Below the pieces are notes generated by a model. The model had not been told where the DNA came from. It did no database searches and saw only the letters and a list, made by a program, of their open reading frames with translations. A stretch of 40,461 nt of DNA from a virus (Duplodnaviria; Caudoviricetes), in IMG/VR virus record IMGVR_UViG_3300014638_000005, positions 1 through 40,461 of that record. The stretch is one strand, 5' to 3'. The position numbers were made by a program, and so were the translations under genes. Positions within the stretch are counted from its first letter, which is position 1; each line of letters begins with the position of its first letter. Below are positions 23,734-32,464 of this stretch, piece after piece.

Positions 23734-25100
23734 AAACCTTCTGCGTTTCCGAAAGCAACAGCCGCCGCGTAACAAAAACAATCTAAAAGATCATCTTCGC
23801 GCGTCGCGTCCTTGTCGCCGACTCGAAACCCGACGACCTGGCCGAGAAGATGGTTGCGCGTCGTCCCCTTGTAGTTCTTCGTCTTCTCGTAGGCCCGCTT
23901 CGAGATTTTGACGAGGCCGCGGTAGATGTACCCCGACACGGAGATCGCGCGCTCGTCCTTGCCGACGGCGGTGAGTTTCGAATCGATCGGATGCGCCATC
24001 AAGCCGCGCCGGGCCGCCTGCTGCAGAAGGATCATGCCGGAAGCCTTGTCCTCGATCATCGCGCCTATGGAACCACGGACGGCGCGACACTCCGCGGCGA
24101 ACGCCTGGAGGGTCTGTGTGACCGTCGGGAGCCAAGTCTCAAGCAGGGCGCCCTCGATCTGCGTGAGGTCCCAATCGAGGATGATGAGCCGGTACGCCGG
24201 GCCGACGATGCCGCTCGCGTCGACCGGCCGCACGTTGTTGCGGACCAGGGCGTAGTAAACGACGCCGGTCCCGTCGTTCGTTTTCCCGGTTTTGGTGGCT
24301 GAGTCGATGACGGCGTAGACGGCTTCGCAGCGAACCGGGAAGTCGACGGGCTCGCCGTTGAGCAGGAGACTATCGCGCGAGAAGAAGGCATCGCCTGACC
24401 AATCGACGAAGCGGGCCAAAAATTCTTGCTCGTAGACCAGCGGGTGGTTGTCGCGCTGCAGCGCCGCCACCTCTTCTCGCGGTAGATGCGGGTTAGAACT
24501 CGTCGGCGCGTGGAACTGGACGAAGCCGTACGAAGGCTCGTGGCAGAGCGCGTAGAGCATGTTGTCGGGATCGATGCCGTTCGTGTTCGACATCATCAGC
24601 GCGCGGCCGGAATAGTCGATCAGCGTCGGCTTGATCGAGCGCGTCCAGACGTCGATGGTCTTCGGCTTGGTGAATGCGATCTCGTCGCCGATGACACGGT
24701 GATACTTTCGGGACCGGCCGGCGTTCTCGTCCTCCAGCGACCAGAACTCGACGCTGCCGCCGGTGATCGTGCGGATGATGCCGTGGGTCTTGTCGGAGCT
24801 TTTTTTGATCGGCCCGAGGCCGTCGACGATCACGTTGTACGATTCCGAGAGCCGCTTGTTCTCCGGGGCGAACCAGCCGACCAGGCGGCCCTTGGCGGCG
24901 TCGTCTATGGCAACCGATTCGCCGACCACGTTCTTGCCCCACCGCCGCCCGCAGCGGGCGACGACATAGCGGGCGTGCTGCATCACCCATCGGAGCTTCG
25001 CCTGCGCGGGGTGGAACGTCGGGAGCGTGATCGTCGCCGTCTGCGCCTGGAACGGCTGCATCTGCGGCTGGTACGGTGGGGCGGTCGGGGCGAGCATCAC
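23730..25100 (-). CDS. terL: Terminase large subunit
   Basis: Walker A CGRRWGKN, Walker B VIGDE, PTSSNPHL, QEFLA.F, nuclease IDSA..D, IEDKASG, DDLLD. Confidence 0.92.
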   Translation of the reverse strand: MMLAPTAPPYQPQMQPFQAQTATITLPTFHPAQAKLRWVMQHARYVVARCGRRWGKNVVGESVAIDDAAKGRLVGWFAPENKRLSESYNVIVDGLGPIKKSSDKTHGIIRTITGGSVEFWSLEDENAGRSRKYHRVIGDEIAFTKPKTIDVWTRSIKPTLIDYSGRALMMSNTNGIDPDNMLYALCHEPSYGFVQFHAPTSSNPHLPREEVAALQRDNHPLVYEQEFLARFVDWSGDAFFSRDSLLLNGEPVDFPVRCEAVYAVIDSATKTGKTNDGTGVVYYALVRNNVRPVDASGIVGPAYRLIILDWDLTQIEGALLETWLPTVTQTLQAFAAECRAVRGSIGAMIEDKASGMILLQQAARRGLMAHPIDSKLTAVGKDERAISVSGYIYRGLVKISKRAYEKTKNYKGTTRNHLLGQVVGFRVGDKDATREDDLLDCFCYAAAVAFGNAEGF

Positions 25101-25657
25101 TCGTTCACCGCTTTCGGCAGTTCAGGCGGCGATTCGTCCTCCGCGCTGATTACACCTTCCATCCCCGGCTTGAGGTCGATCACCTGGCCCGGCGGAATCG
25201 GCGGCGCGTAGTCGTCCGGTAGGCCACCGCTGATCTCGACCTTCGTCACCACCGAGGCACCGACAACCACCGCGGAGAACGACGGCGATTGATATTTCGC
25301 GGCCCCCACCGCGAGCTGCGCTGCCATCATCGCATATTCCTTGAACTTCTCCTCGTTCGCGTTCGGGTTGGCGTCGAGGTTGACTACCTTCCCTGCCACG
25401 ATAGTCGGCTGCGGCTGATAATAAGCGGCCATGCTCGCAAGTACCGCTTGGATGTCGAAGGCTGAATCTTTCATCAGCCTCTTGCCAGCGGCTTGAGCCT
25501 TGACGGCCGCGACCTCTTCCGGCGCGCCGCTCGCGATTTTCTCAAGAAGCGCCACGCGCTCGCGTTCTAAGCGCGCTTGGAGCTCGCGTTCCAGTGTCGC
25601 CTTGCCCTTAGACCCCTTGGGGCGTCCGGCTCCGGGCTGCTTTCCGCCTCTTGGCAT
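25097..25657 (-). CDS. terS: Terminase small subunit
   Basis: MPRGGKQPGAGRPKGSK N-terminus; AAKY.SP motif; coupled to terL. Confidence 0.75.
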   Translation of the reverse strand: MPRGGKQPGAGRPKGSKGKATLERELQARLERERVALLEKIASGAPEEVAAVKAQAAGKRLMKDSAFDIQAVLASMAAYYQPQPTIVAGKVVNLDANPNANEEKFKEYAMMAAQLAVGAAKYQSPSFSAVVVGASVVTKVEISGGLPDDYAPPIPPGQVIDLKPGMEGVISAEDESPPELPKAVNE

Positions 25658-25744
25658 AGGGCGAGGATAGATTAACTATCGAATTATTCAAACCGGATGG
25701 GTGATGAGCCAGTCCAGCGGCCGTTTCGATTGGCGGTCGCCAAG

Positions 25745-26218
25745 TCACTTGCAAAGCCCTTTGACTTCGACCTCCGACAGCACTTGGCCGACCTTCTGCC
25801 GGGCCTTCACCTTTTGGCCGATAGCGGTCAGCCAGCCGCCCTTGCGCTTGCACTCGGCGCCGGTCATGTCGCGGAGTTTCTTTCCGTCGATGAGCATGTC
25901 CAGGAGCAAGACGTCGACGATCTTCTTGGTGATCGCCGCTTCGGCCGCCTTTTCCCTCTTTTCGCGTTCGGCTGCCGTCACCACCGGGCGAGCCGCCGGA
26001 GTGCGCGCGGTGCCTGTGACCCTGTTCAAATTTAGACTGGCCCAGGCGTGTGCCACTTCAAGAATGATGGCTTCATCATCAAGCACACGCTCGCCAAAGC
26101 GCCTGATGATCTCTTTGTTGGTGTCCGTTGGGTATCGATTCCGCAGAACCAAGAGAAGTTCCGTCGCGCTGTGCGGAGCCGATCGGCGAGGCTGGTCGGT
26201 ATTTTCGTTCAGAGACAT
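25745..26218 (-). CDS. Hypothetical protein
   Basis: 157-aa ORF with plausible helical composition. Confidence 0.6.
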   Translation of the reverse strand: MSLNENTDQPRRSAPHSATELLLVLRNRYPTDTNKEIIRRFGERVLDDEAIILEVAHAWASLNLNRVTGTARTPAARPVVTAAEREKREKAAEAAITKKIVDVLLLDMLIDGKKLRDMTGAECKRKGGWLTAIGQKVKARQKVGQVLSEVEVKGLCK

Positions 26219-26550
26219 TTGATAAGTTCCTCAATGTTGATGATGCCAAGCTTTTTTAGAACCTGCAGAGCTAGGCGTTCTGCTTGAGCTGTTTTATACT
26301 TCGACTTACACTTCCAACCGCCGCAATCTGAGCAAATTTTATGGCTGGCAGACTTGCGTGAAAAGGGACGGTTGCACATCAGGCACTGTCCTGGGATTGC
26401 TAGTCGTGTTGGTCGTTTCTCGCGCTTTATGCGGGACTCATTGTCTCTCCGACATTTATGGGAACAGAATGTACGGTGCAGAGATGTTTGACGAGAGCCA
26501 GCTAGAAAAGCTTCACCGCAAAACGTGCAGCATCTAACTTGATGGGTCAT
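26209..26550 (-). CDS. Cys-rich zinc-finger protein (AT-rich)
   Basis: CTFC..F...FCSHKC and CLMC..F...ICSDC; ATGA coupling. Confidence 0.6.
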   Translation of the reverse strand: MTHQVRCCTFCGEAFLAGSRQTSLHRTFCSHKCRRDNESRIKREKRPTRLAIPGQCLMCNRPFSRKSASHKICSDCGGWKCKSKYKTAQAERLALQVLKKLGIINIEELIKCL

Positions 26551-26732
26551 GGTGGCGTTACGCTCTCGAGACGTTTTGCTTTCTGCCGCGCATACCAAGT
26601 TGCTCGCGACATCGGCGGCTTGGTCTTTTTCCACGGCTTGAGCGCCGTCAGCGTAGTGGCCTTATCTTCAAGGCGCGGACGGCCGCGGCGCACTGCCGGA
26701 CGGTCCGTCTGAGTGTCGGCCTTTTTGCTCAT
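26547..26732 (-). CDS. Small DNA-binding protein
   Basis: RGRPRL, PWK...MSRATWYAR HTH-like motif. Confidence 0.6.
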   Translation of the reverse strand: MSKKADTQTDRPAVRRGRPRLEDKATTLTALKPWKKTKPPMSRATWYARQKAKRLESVTPP

Positions 26733-26835
26733 GGATAATTGCTAGACACTTTTGCGGTAATTGTCTAGTCCCCCGATTAGGAGATTTTTAAGTCTTCGGG
26801 CTTACGGTCGCTCCGTGCATAAAACGGAGGGTTCC

Positions 26836-26952
26836 ATGCATAAATTGAGGCTGATCTGGATATTGCTCGGGCCGGAGGAGCTGGTCGCGCTGGCGGCGTT
26901 CCTGGCGACGGTCGCGATTTGGGTGGTGACAATCGAAGTTTTGCGAGGGTGA
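26836..26952 (+). CDS. Small membrane peptide (38 aa)
   Basis: GGAGG SD; single hydrophobic helix. Confidence 0.45.
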   Translation: MHKLRLIWILLGPEELVALAAFLATVAIWVVTIEVLRG

Positions 26953-27273
26953 GGCAGGGAAAAAGCTACCCGGTTCGTTTAGGGTTCCGTAACGCGCCCC
27001 GAACCGGACTTTCTCCCCTTCGCCTTCATATTGGCCCGCTGTCTGGGTGCCCGAGTAACGGATGCGCGGCTGCCATCCCAGAGCGTCCCGCGCCTCATGC
27101 CTATCAGTGGTGGGCCTCTGTGGATTCGACGCGCTGATTATAGCCAGCGATTCTCGGAATTGAAAAGGGCGCCAGAGTTGCCTCCGACGCCCTTCCCGGG
27201 GATGCTGCCACGAACAAAAGATACTGACGCGACAGCCGGCCTTTTAGTCCGGGCCTATGGCGATTGCAAGGCA

Positions 27274-27489
27274 CTAAGCGTCTCCGCGCCGGAGCCGTCT
27301 CTGTAGATCGCCAATGGTTTCCTTCTCGTCGGCCATCACGCAATCGGCGCAGTGCTTTTTCTGCTTGCGATAGCGGTTCCGCGAGCACCCTCGCCCCTCA
27401 CCCCGGCAAGCCCACATCTTAAAGCAATCGTCGGTATTTCCAGGTTTGACGCGCTCGAGAATAAACTGAAGGTCGGGGGCTTTACTCAC
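27274..27489 (-). CDS. Cys-containing hypothetical protein
   Basis: GTGA coupling to the MazG gene. Confidence 0.5.
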   Translation of the reverse strand: MSKAPDLQFILERVKPGNTDDCFKMWACRGEGRGCSRNRYRKQKKHCADCVMADEKETIGDLQRRLRRGDA

Positions 27490-27800
27490 CGCTGCCCCGC
27501 ATAGATAGGCCGCTTTTCAACTTCCTTCAGCTTTTTGAGCATCGCGGCTTCAAGATCGACGCCGAGGCATTCAGCAATCAAAAAGGCATAATTGGCGACA
27601 TCGGCCAGCTCCTCGACTAACTTGGCCTTGCGGTTCAGGACGCCGTCGGGGCCGCCGTCGCCGCGCCAGTTTTTCTTAACGACGTTAGCGAACTCGCCAG
27701 CCTCTCCGCATAGCGCCAAGGATAGGAAACGCAACCGATCGGGTTCGGTAATCGGACCCCAACTTACATGTCGCTTGATGATGTCGCTTAGCTCGCTCAT
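27486..27800 (-). CDS. MazG-like nucleotide pyrophosphohydrolase
   Basis: LALCGEAGEFANVVKK...EELADVANY...K. Confidence 0.85.
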   Translation of the reverse strand: MSELSDIIKRHVSWGPITEPDRLRFLSLALCGEAGEFANVVKKNWRGDGGPDGVLNRKAKLVEELADVANYAFLIAECLGVDLEAAMLKKLKEVEKRPIYAGQR

Positions 27801-27873
27801 CGCAATTCTCCCTGTTGAATCGTGCTGAGTCTAGGGCTAAAAATCCCGCGCCGCTAGTCCCACTGGACAGCCG

Positions 27874-27907
27874 TTATCCACAGACGCTAACCTGTCCCTG
27901 GGGATAA
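27874..27907. promoter_or_regulatory. Inverted DnaA-box pair in a divergent intergenic region
   Basis: TTATCCACA at 27874-27882 and TGGGGATAA (1 mismatch) at 27899-27907. Confidence 0.4.
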
Positions 27908-27929
27908 CTCGAACAACAGGGATGCGATC

Positions 27930-28349
27930 ATGCCTACATACCTGCGCCGCGACGGCAACGCTTTCATATCCGCGACCATGCGGGACATCCTACTCCAGCA
28001 TGTCGATGGGGCGCTCGTCCCGATCGTCCAGCTCACCTCGATAGCCGACCCGATGGAGCGCGAGCGCGCCGGTCTTATCCACAGAAGCATGGCCGCGTTG
28101 GTCAACCGCGGGTTTATTCAGCCGGTCAGGCCGAACGGGAAGCAAACCAAGGTCTTCAGGCCGACGCACACGGTCATCACGGAATCCGGGCGCGTCGCGC
28201 TGCGCAAGGTCTGCGCCGAGTACGCCGAGGTCCTCGTCCGCGCCGGCCGCAAGGTCGACGATCTCCGCTTCGAGGTCCTGTCACGCGCCGCGCTCGTGGA
28301 CGAACCCCGCGAAGTCGCCGAAGCCGAGATTCACACTGAATCAGTCTGA
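27930..28349 (+). CDS. Hypothetical wHTH-like protein
   Basis: SMAALVNRGFI...ITESGR; GC3-biased codons; CAACAGGGA SD. Confidence 0.6.
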   Translation: MPTYLRRDGNAFISATMRDILLQHVDGALVPIVQLTSIADPMERERAGLIHRSMAALVNRGFIQPVRPNGKQTKVFRPTHTVITESGRVALRKVCAEYAEVLVRAGRKVDDLRFEVLSRAALVDEPREVAEAEIHTESV

Positions 28350-28549
28350 TTCGGAGTGAATCGCTTCGATTCGCTTTGCGGCGCTCTTATCGTTCGGCCG
28401 CAGGCGCAAATCGGCAATGCCGAGACATGAACGCTGTAGTCTCCGTGCAGCGTGTCACTCAGCGTCGGCTGCGGCATCCACCCCAGCATCACGTAGTCCA
28501 TCGCCTTTGCGATTGGCGCGTAGCGGTGGATGCTTTCGCTTCGATCCAT
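28331..28549 (-). CDS. Hypothetical protein
   Basis: GAGGAAGG SD; C-terminal CxC; overlaps the end of the methyltransferase gene. Confidence 0.45.
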   Translation of the reverse strand: MDRSESIHRYAPIAKAMDYVMLGWMPQPTLSDTLHGDYSVHVSALPICACGRTIRAPQSESKRFTPNQTDSV

Positions 28550-29876
28550 TGGCCTTCCTCTTCCGTCTTGCTGCGGCGACTTGATCGAGAGTCTTGCCGT
28601 CGAGTGTTGCCCGTTTGCCATTGCCGACGAAGGATTCCCATCGGCGAATGACGACTTCGCAATATCCCGGATCGATCTCGATCATCAGCGCCTTGCGTCC
28701 AGTCATCTCCGCTGCGATGCAAGTTGTCCCCGAGCCGACGAACGGATCGTAGACGTACTCGCCGACACGGCTGTTGTTTTCGATTGGGCGCTTCATGCAC
28801 TCGATTGGCTTTTGCGTGCCGTGGCCGGTATCTGATTTGTGATGGGAAATTTCCCAAACCGTGCTTTGATCGTTTCTTCCGGTCCAGTGGCCAGTCTTGC
28901 CATTCCTGACCGCGTACCAGCACGGTTCGTGTCCATAGTTGTAGTGACCGCGACTTAAAATCGAATGCGATTTTTTCCAAATTATTTGAGCCCTCAACTC
29001 AAAATCCAAAGCCATTAAGCCAACGCCAACGCCAACGCCAACGCCGCCCTTGTCAGCGTGCCAAATATAAACGACATCGCCATGAAACAGCGCAACAGCA
29101 TCGCTCCAATCTGATTTATCATCATTCAAAACTTCGCCGAGCGCAAAGGCTTTGATTGGTTTTGCAGAAGCATCGGATGATGCGAGGACGGTTTTTCCTC
29201 TCGCGTCTTTCGCTAAACCATTTCTCCAAACTGGTCTGTAATCGACGCCATAAGGTGGATCGACGACCATAAGTTTCGGTTGTTCGTTGCCCAAACACAT
29301 TGCCACGTCAGATTCGGACGTAGCATCGCCGCAGAGCAGCCGGTGATCGCCGAGGACCCAGAGGTCGCCCTTCCGCACCACCGGCTTCTTCGGGCGCTCC
29401 GGTACAGCTTCCGGGTCTTGCGCGGAATCGGTCCCGAGTGAAATGCCCCAGCCGCGAAGCTGCGCCTCGGGAAAACCGAGCAGCGGAAGATCGTAGCCGG
29501 CGAGTTTTAGGTTTTGGAGTTCGCCGGTGATGAGGACTGAATCCCACCCTGACATCAATCCCAGGGAATTATCCGAAATTCTCGCCGCGCGCTTCTTCTG
29601 TTCGCTCCATCCGCGCGCGATGACAACCGGATATTCGGTGAAACTATTCACGAGGGCGGCGGCTTTACGCCCATGACCGGCAATAATCACCCCCGCCTCG
29701 TCCACCAAAATCGGCATCGTGACGCCTTCGGAAAGCATCGACGCCGCCAGCCTGGCAATCTGCTCAGGTGGGTGGGTTCTAGGATTTTTGTCGTAATCTA
29801 GGATTTTAGCCAGAGGCCACATTTCGGGCTTCTGGGCGGCAGGCCAATCGGGCACTGAGTGTGGCTTTTTTGCCAT
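28455..29876 (-). CDS. ParB-N domain + N6/N4 DNA methyltransferase
   Basis: NPRTH, PILVDE..IIAGHGR; HRLLCGDAT, DPPY, HGTQKP, DPFVGSGTT. Confidence 0.92.
   Translation of the reverse strand: MAKKPHSVPDWPAAQKPEMWPLAKILDYDKNPRTHPPEQIARLAASMLSEGVTMPILVDEAGVIIAGHGRKAAALVNSFTEYPVVIARGWSEQKKRAARISDNSLGLMSGWDSVLITGELQNLKLAGYDLPLLGFPEAQLRGWGISLGTDSAQDPEAVPERPKKPVVRKGDLWVLGDHRLLCGDATSESDVAMCLGNEQPKLMVVDPPYGVDYRPVWRNGLAKDARGKTVLASSDASAKPIKAFALGEVLNDDKSDWSDAVALFHGDVVYIWHADKGGVGVGVGVGLMALDFELRAQIIWKKSHSILSRGHYNYGHEPCWYAVRNGKTGHWTGRNDQSTVWEISHHKSDTGHGTQKPIECMKRPIENNSRVGEYVYDPFVGSGTTCIAAEMTGRKALMIEIDPGYCEVVIRRWESFVGNGKRATLDGKTLDQVAAARRKRKANGSKRKHPPLRANRKGDGLRDAGVDAAADAE
29019..29045. repeat. (GCCAAC)x4.5 in-frame microsatellite (GVGVGVGVG) in the methyltransferase
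   Basis: Directly visible. Confidence 0.85.
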
Positions 29877-29889
29877 ATGGCCCACAATC

Positions 29890-30165
29890 CTATTCTGGTG
29901 GCCGTGGGTGCGAATTTGGTCCCGGCAGGCCCGGAGATAGCCCTTCGGCCGGATTATCGCACGTAGCGCGCCGTGGCCGCGCCCCGGAACGGGAATCGGC
30001 GGGGTCGTCGGACCATCTGACGGCCCTCAACTCGAACGGCTCCTTGAGGAACGGCCCGGTCAGGCTGACCGAGACGAAGCCCGGCGGCCCGATTCCGGTA
30101 ATGACGGCTTCCCACGGTTCCCCGGCCATTGAGCGGTAGATGCAGGATTCGTTGATCGCGGGCAT
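29890..30165 (-). CDS. Hypothetical protein
   Basis: TAATG coupling; GGAG SD. Confidence 0.55.
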   Translation of the reverse strand: MPAINESCIYRSMAGEPWEAVITGIGPPGFVSVSLTGPFLKEPFELRAVRWSDDPADSRSGARPRRATCDNPAEGLSPGLPGPNSHPRPPE

Positions 30166-30389
30166 TAAGGTCTCCCTGGTCTGGCCTTGACTTCTTCGGT
30201 CGGCGCCATGCGCGCGATCTCATCGATGCGCAGCGGGCGGCGGTAGTGAACGGCGGACGCCATCATGCCTAACTGTGCCGACATTTCCTCGGTCACCCAT
30301 TCCTCGTCCGTTCCGACGCCGCGCATGATCTTGTCGCGAAGCGCCTCGGCCTTTCGCCACTTCGTCGGGCTCCAACGGAGCACCGGCAC
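30165..30389 (-). CDS. Hypothetical protein
   Basis: Operon context. Confidence 0.5.
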   Translation of the reverse strand: MPVLRWSPTKWRKAEALRDKIMRGVGTDEEWVTEEMSAQLGMMASAVHYRRPLRIDEIARMAPTEEVKARPGRP

Positions 30390-30586
30390 CGGCCGTCCGC
30401 GCTCATCATGGTAGCAAATCGAAAGCTGCCAGAGAGGCCGACCGCCAGCGTAGCGGGTTCATTCCATTCCGATGTTGCACGTGAGCCCGGCACTGATTGT
30501 GCGCTCAGGATACCAGAAGAACTTGGTGGTGATCTGGCGCTCGGGATCAAATACTGGAGCAGCCAGAGCAATTTCAACTTGTGGCG

Positions 30587-30805
30587 TCATTGGCGTTTTA
30601 CTCCCATTTCCTCAAGCTGGCGGAAGACGCTGACCAGCGCGCCGACGATTGATCCTTCGGTCACGTTGCCGACGTTCGGCGTCGCCGTCAGGCCTTCGAC
30701 CTTGTGCGCCGGTCGCGCTTTCCAACGACGGCTGATGATCGGATTTTGCTCCGGATGGCGCACGACGCCGTTCTCGTCCGTCTCGCTGTTGGGAAACCTA
30801 ACCAT
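30587..30805 (-). CDS. Hypothetical protein
   Basis: GGAGG SD before MVRFPNS. Confidence 0.55.
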   Translation of the reverse strand: MVRFPNSETDENGVVRHPEQNPIISRRWKARPAHKVEGLTATPNVGNVTEGSIVGALVSVFRQLEEMGVKRQ

Positions 30806-30977
30806 TATCGCCTCCCGTCTTCTTGCCATCGGGCTGAAACCGCGACTCGTAGTGCCCGTCCGGGAAATGGTTACGCGTCTCGCCGACGATGCAACGGTTG
30901 ACGCCCACCATCTTCGGCATGTCCTTGATGGTGAGTTTCATCCGAGGATCGTGGTGTTCGGTTTTCTCATCGTTCAT
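30798..30977 (-). CDS. Hypothetical protein (59 aa; not in the ORF track)
   Basis: AAGGAGG SD; MNDEKTEHHDPRMKLTIKD...; fills the operon gap. Confidence 0.5.
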   Translation of the reverse strand: MNDEKTEHHDPRMKLTIKDMPKMVGVNRCIVGETRNHFPDGHYESRFQPDGKKTGGDNG

Positions 30978-31221
30978 CGGCGACCTCCTTCCCGGCTTCA
31001 GTGATAATCCAAACGATGGCGCTGCTGCCGCTCGGCGAGGCCCGGCGCGCGCCGGAATCCCGGACCAGCCCGAGGTCGCGCAGCTCGCCCCGGCGCTTGC
31101 CGGCCGACGTTTGCTGCCGGCCGATCAGGTCGCCTAGCTCGAAGTCCGTCAAGCCTTCGGGATGGTCCCTTAGCGCCAGAAGGGCGGAACGGGACCAATC
31201 GAAAAGCGTTTGCTCGCTCAT
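30967..31221 (-). CDS. Winged-HTH DNA-binding protein
   Basis: GLTDFEL....TSAGKRRGELRDLGLVRDSG.RR.SPSG.SAIVW. Confidence 0.75.
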   Translation of the reverse strand: MSEQTLFDWSRSALLALRDHPEGLTDFELGDLIGRQQTSAGKRRGELRDLGLVRDSGARRASPSGSSAIVWIITEAGKEVADER

Positions 31222-31394
31222 GCGGCCTCCTTCGGCTTATCAATCGCCTTGTGTTCGGCGGCCATCTTGCGCAGCGGACGAAGCGGCCCGATGCAGCACC
31301 ATCCGCATTTGCATTTGGCGATCCAGCGGCCTTTGAAGTAGCCGCTACGGGCAATCGTCCCGGAGTGCTTAGGAGCCTCTTGGGGAATGCTCAT
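31218..31394 (-). CDS. Small CxC-containing protein (58 aa; not in the ORF track)
   Basis: AAGGAG SD; ATGA overlaps at both ends. Confidence 0.5.
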   Translation of the reverse strand: MSIPQEAPKHSGTIARSGYFKGRWIAKCKCGWCCIGPLRPLRKMAAEHKAIDKPKEAA

Positions 31395-32047
31395 TCGGTA
31401 AACTCCTTCTCGGCCCGCTTCGCCTCCTCAGCGCCGTAGTGCGCCCGCAGCGCCGCGTCGCTCATGGATTGCCATGTCTTACCGGCCATGCGGCCGCCGC
31501 CGAGCCGGATCGTTTCGTAGTTCGGATAAGCCAGCCAGACGCCGCTGATGCCGCGAAATTCCCCGAACCGCCACGCTCGAGCATCGGTGTCTGGCGCTTT
31601 CGTGAACTCGACCGCCGCAGCGTAATTCGGCGATTCCGGCCCGACGAAACAGTTTGCCCAGCAGCCGGGATCAGTGCGCGGCGGCATGTACTCACGCTTG
31701 CGAAAATTCGGTATGGGCTTTGACATCGTCTCCACCCGTTTCATTTCCGCGTCGCAGGCTTCCATGACCTCCGCTACCGACGGTGGCCACTTGATTCGGC
31801 TCGGGATGCCGACGCGAGGATCGGTCACATACTCGACGATGGCGCGCGGATAATCCGACAGAACGGCCGCGATCGCCGCGCAATAAATCTCAGGATCGTT
31901 CGCTTCGTCCCGGCGGTAACAACCGAACATCCATTCCGCCCGTCTTAGGCAATAGGCTTGGTCGAGGCGCGATTGAGAACTCGCCCCGTTCTGCGGCTGC
32001 GGCGAGTCGTCCAGCGGCAGCGCCGGCGCTTCCGTTTCGGTGACCAT
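31391..32047 (-). CDS. Replication-associated protein (helicase-loader position)
   Basis: DPEIY..AI..VL.DYP...DPR.G......WPPSVAEV; follows the DnaT-like gene. Confidence 0.55.
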   Translation of the reverse strand: MVTETEAPALPLDDSPQPQNGASSQSRLDQAYCLRRAEWMFGCYRRDEANDPEIYCAAIAAVLSDYPRAIVEYVTDPRVGIPSRIKWPPSVAEVMEACDAEMKRVETMSKPIPNFRKREYMPPRTDPGCWANCFVGPESPNYAAAVEFTKAPDTDARAWRFGEFRGISGVWLAYPNYETIRLGGGRMAGKTWQSMSDAALRAHYGAEEAKRAEKEFTE

Positions 32048-32270
32048 TTGTTGCTCCCTGTTGTTTCGCCTTGCGGCGCATCCATCCTTTGAACGCCATC
32101 GACCAGTTCGATTTTCGCGCGATCTGCCGGTTGGCGTTCGCCCCGGCCCATAATCGCATGTCTTCCGCCATGTCGTCGATTTGCGAATCGGTCAGATGCA
32201 AAATCCTGTGACCATATTCGCGGTCGTCATTTGTTGGTTGCCAGTGTTCCGAAAGGCTCGTGCCTGCCAT
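31890..32270 (-). CDS. DnaT-like / phage initiator C-terminal-domain protein
   Basis: LSEHWQP...MRLW...KSNWSMAFKGWMRR motif. Confidence 0.6.
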   Translation of the reverse strand: MAGTSLSEHWQPTNDDREYGHRILHLTDSQIDDMAEDMRLWAGANANRQIARKSNWSMAFKGWMRRKAKQQGATNGHRNGSAGAAAGRLAAAAERGEFSIAPRPSLLPKTGGMDVRLLPPGRSERS

Positions 32271-32272
32271 CG

Positions 32273-32464
32273 CTATCCCCTGATTTCTATGAACGCTCTC
32301 CAACCGTCTTTCGTTTTTTGAAGCCGATAACCGGCCGCCTTCATCGCGAGCGAATCGCTTTTCCAGCACCGCCAAAAATCAGCATCGACCTTGATTTCCT
32401 TCACGGCAACAGATCCCGACGGCTTGTGCACTTTCCCAGCTCTGTCCCAGTTCATCCGCGTCAT
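32273..32464 (-). CDS. Hypothetical protein
   Basis: GGAG SD before MTRMNWDR. Confidence 0.55.
   Translation of the reverse strand: MTRMNWDRAGKVHKPSGSVAVKEIKVDADFWRCWKSDSLAMKAAGYRLQKTKDGWRAFIEIRG

Noticed and set aside
23385-23795. Group I intron or attachment-site duplication at the terL end
   Set aside because: The duplication is conserved at protein rather than nucleotide level, terL has its own stop, and there is no room for a ribozyme core
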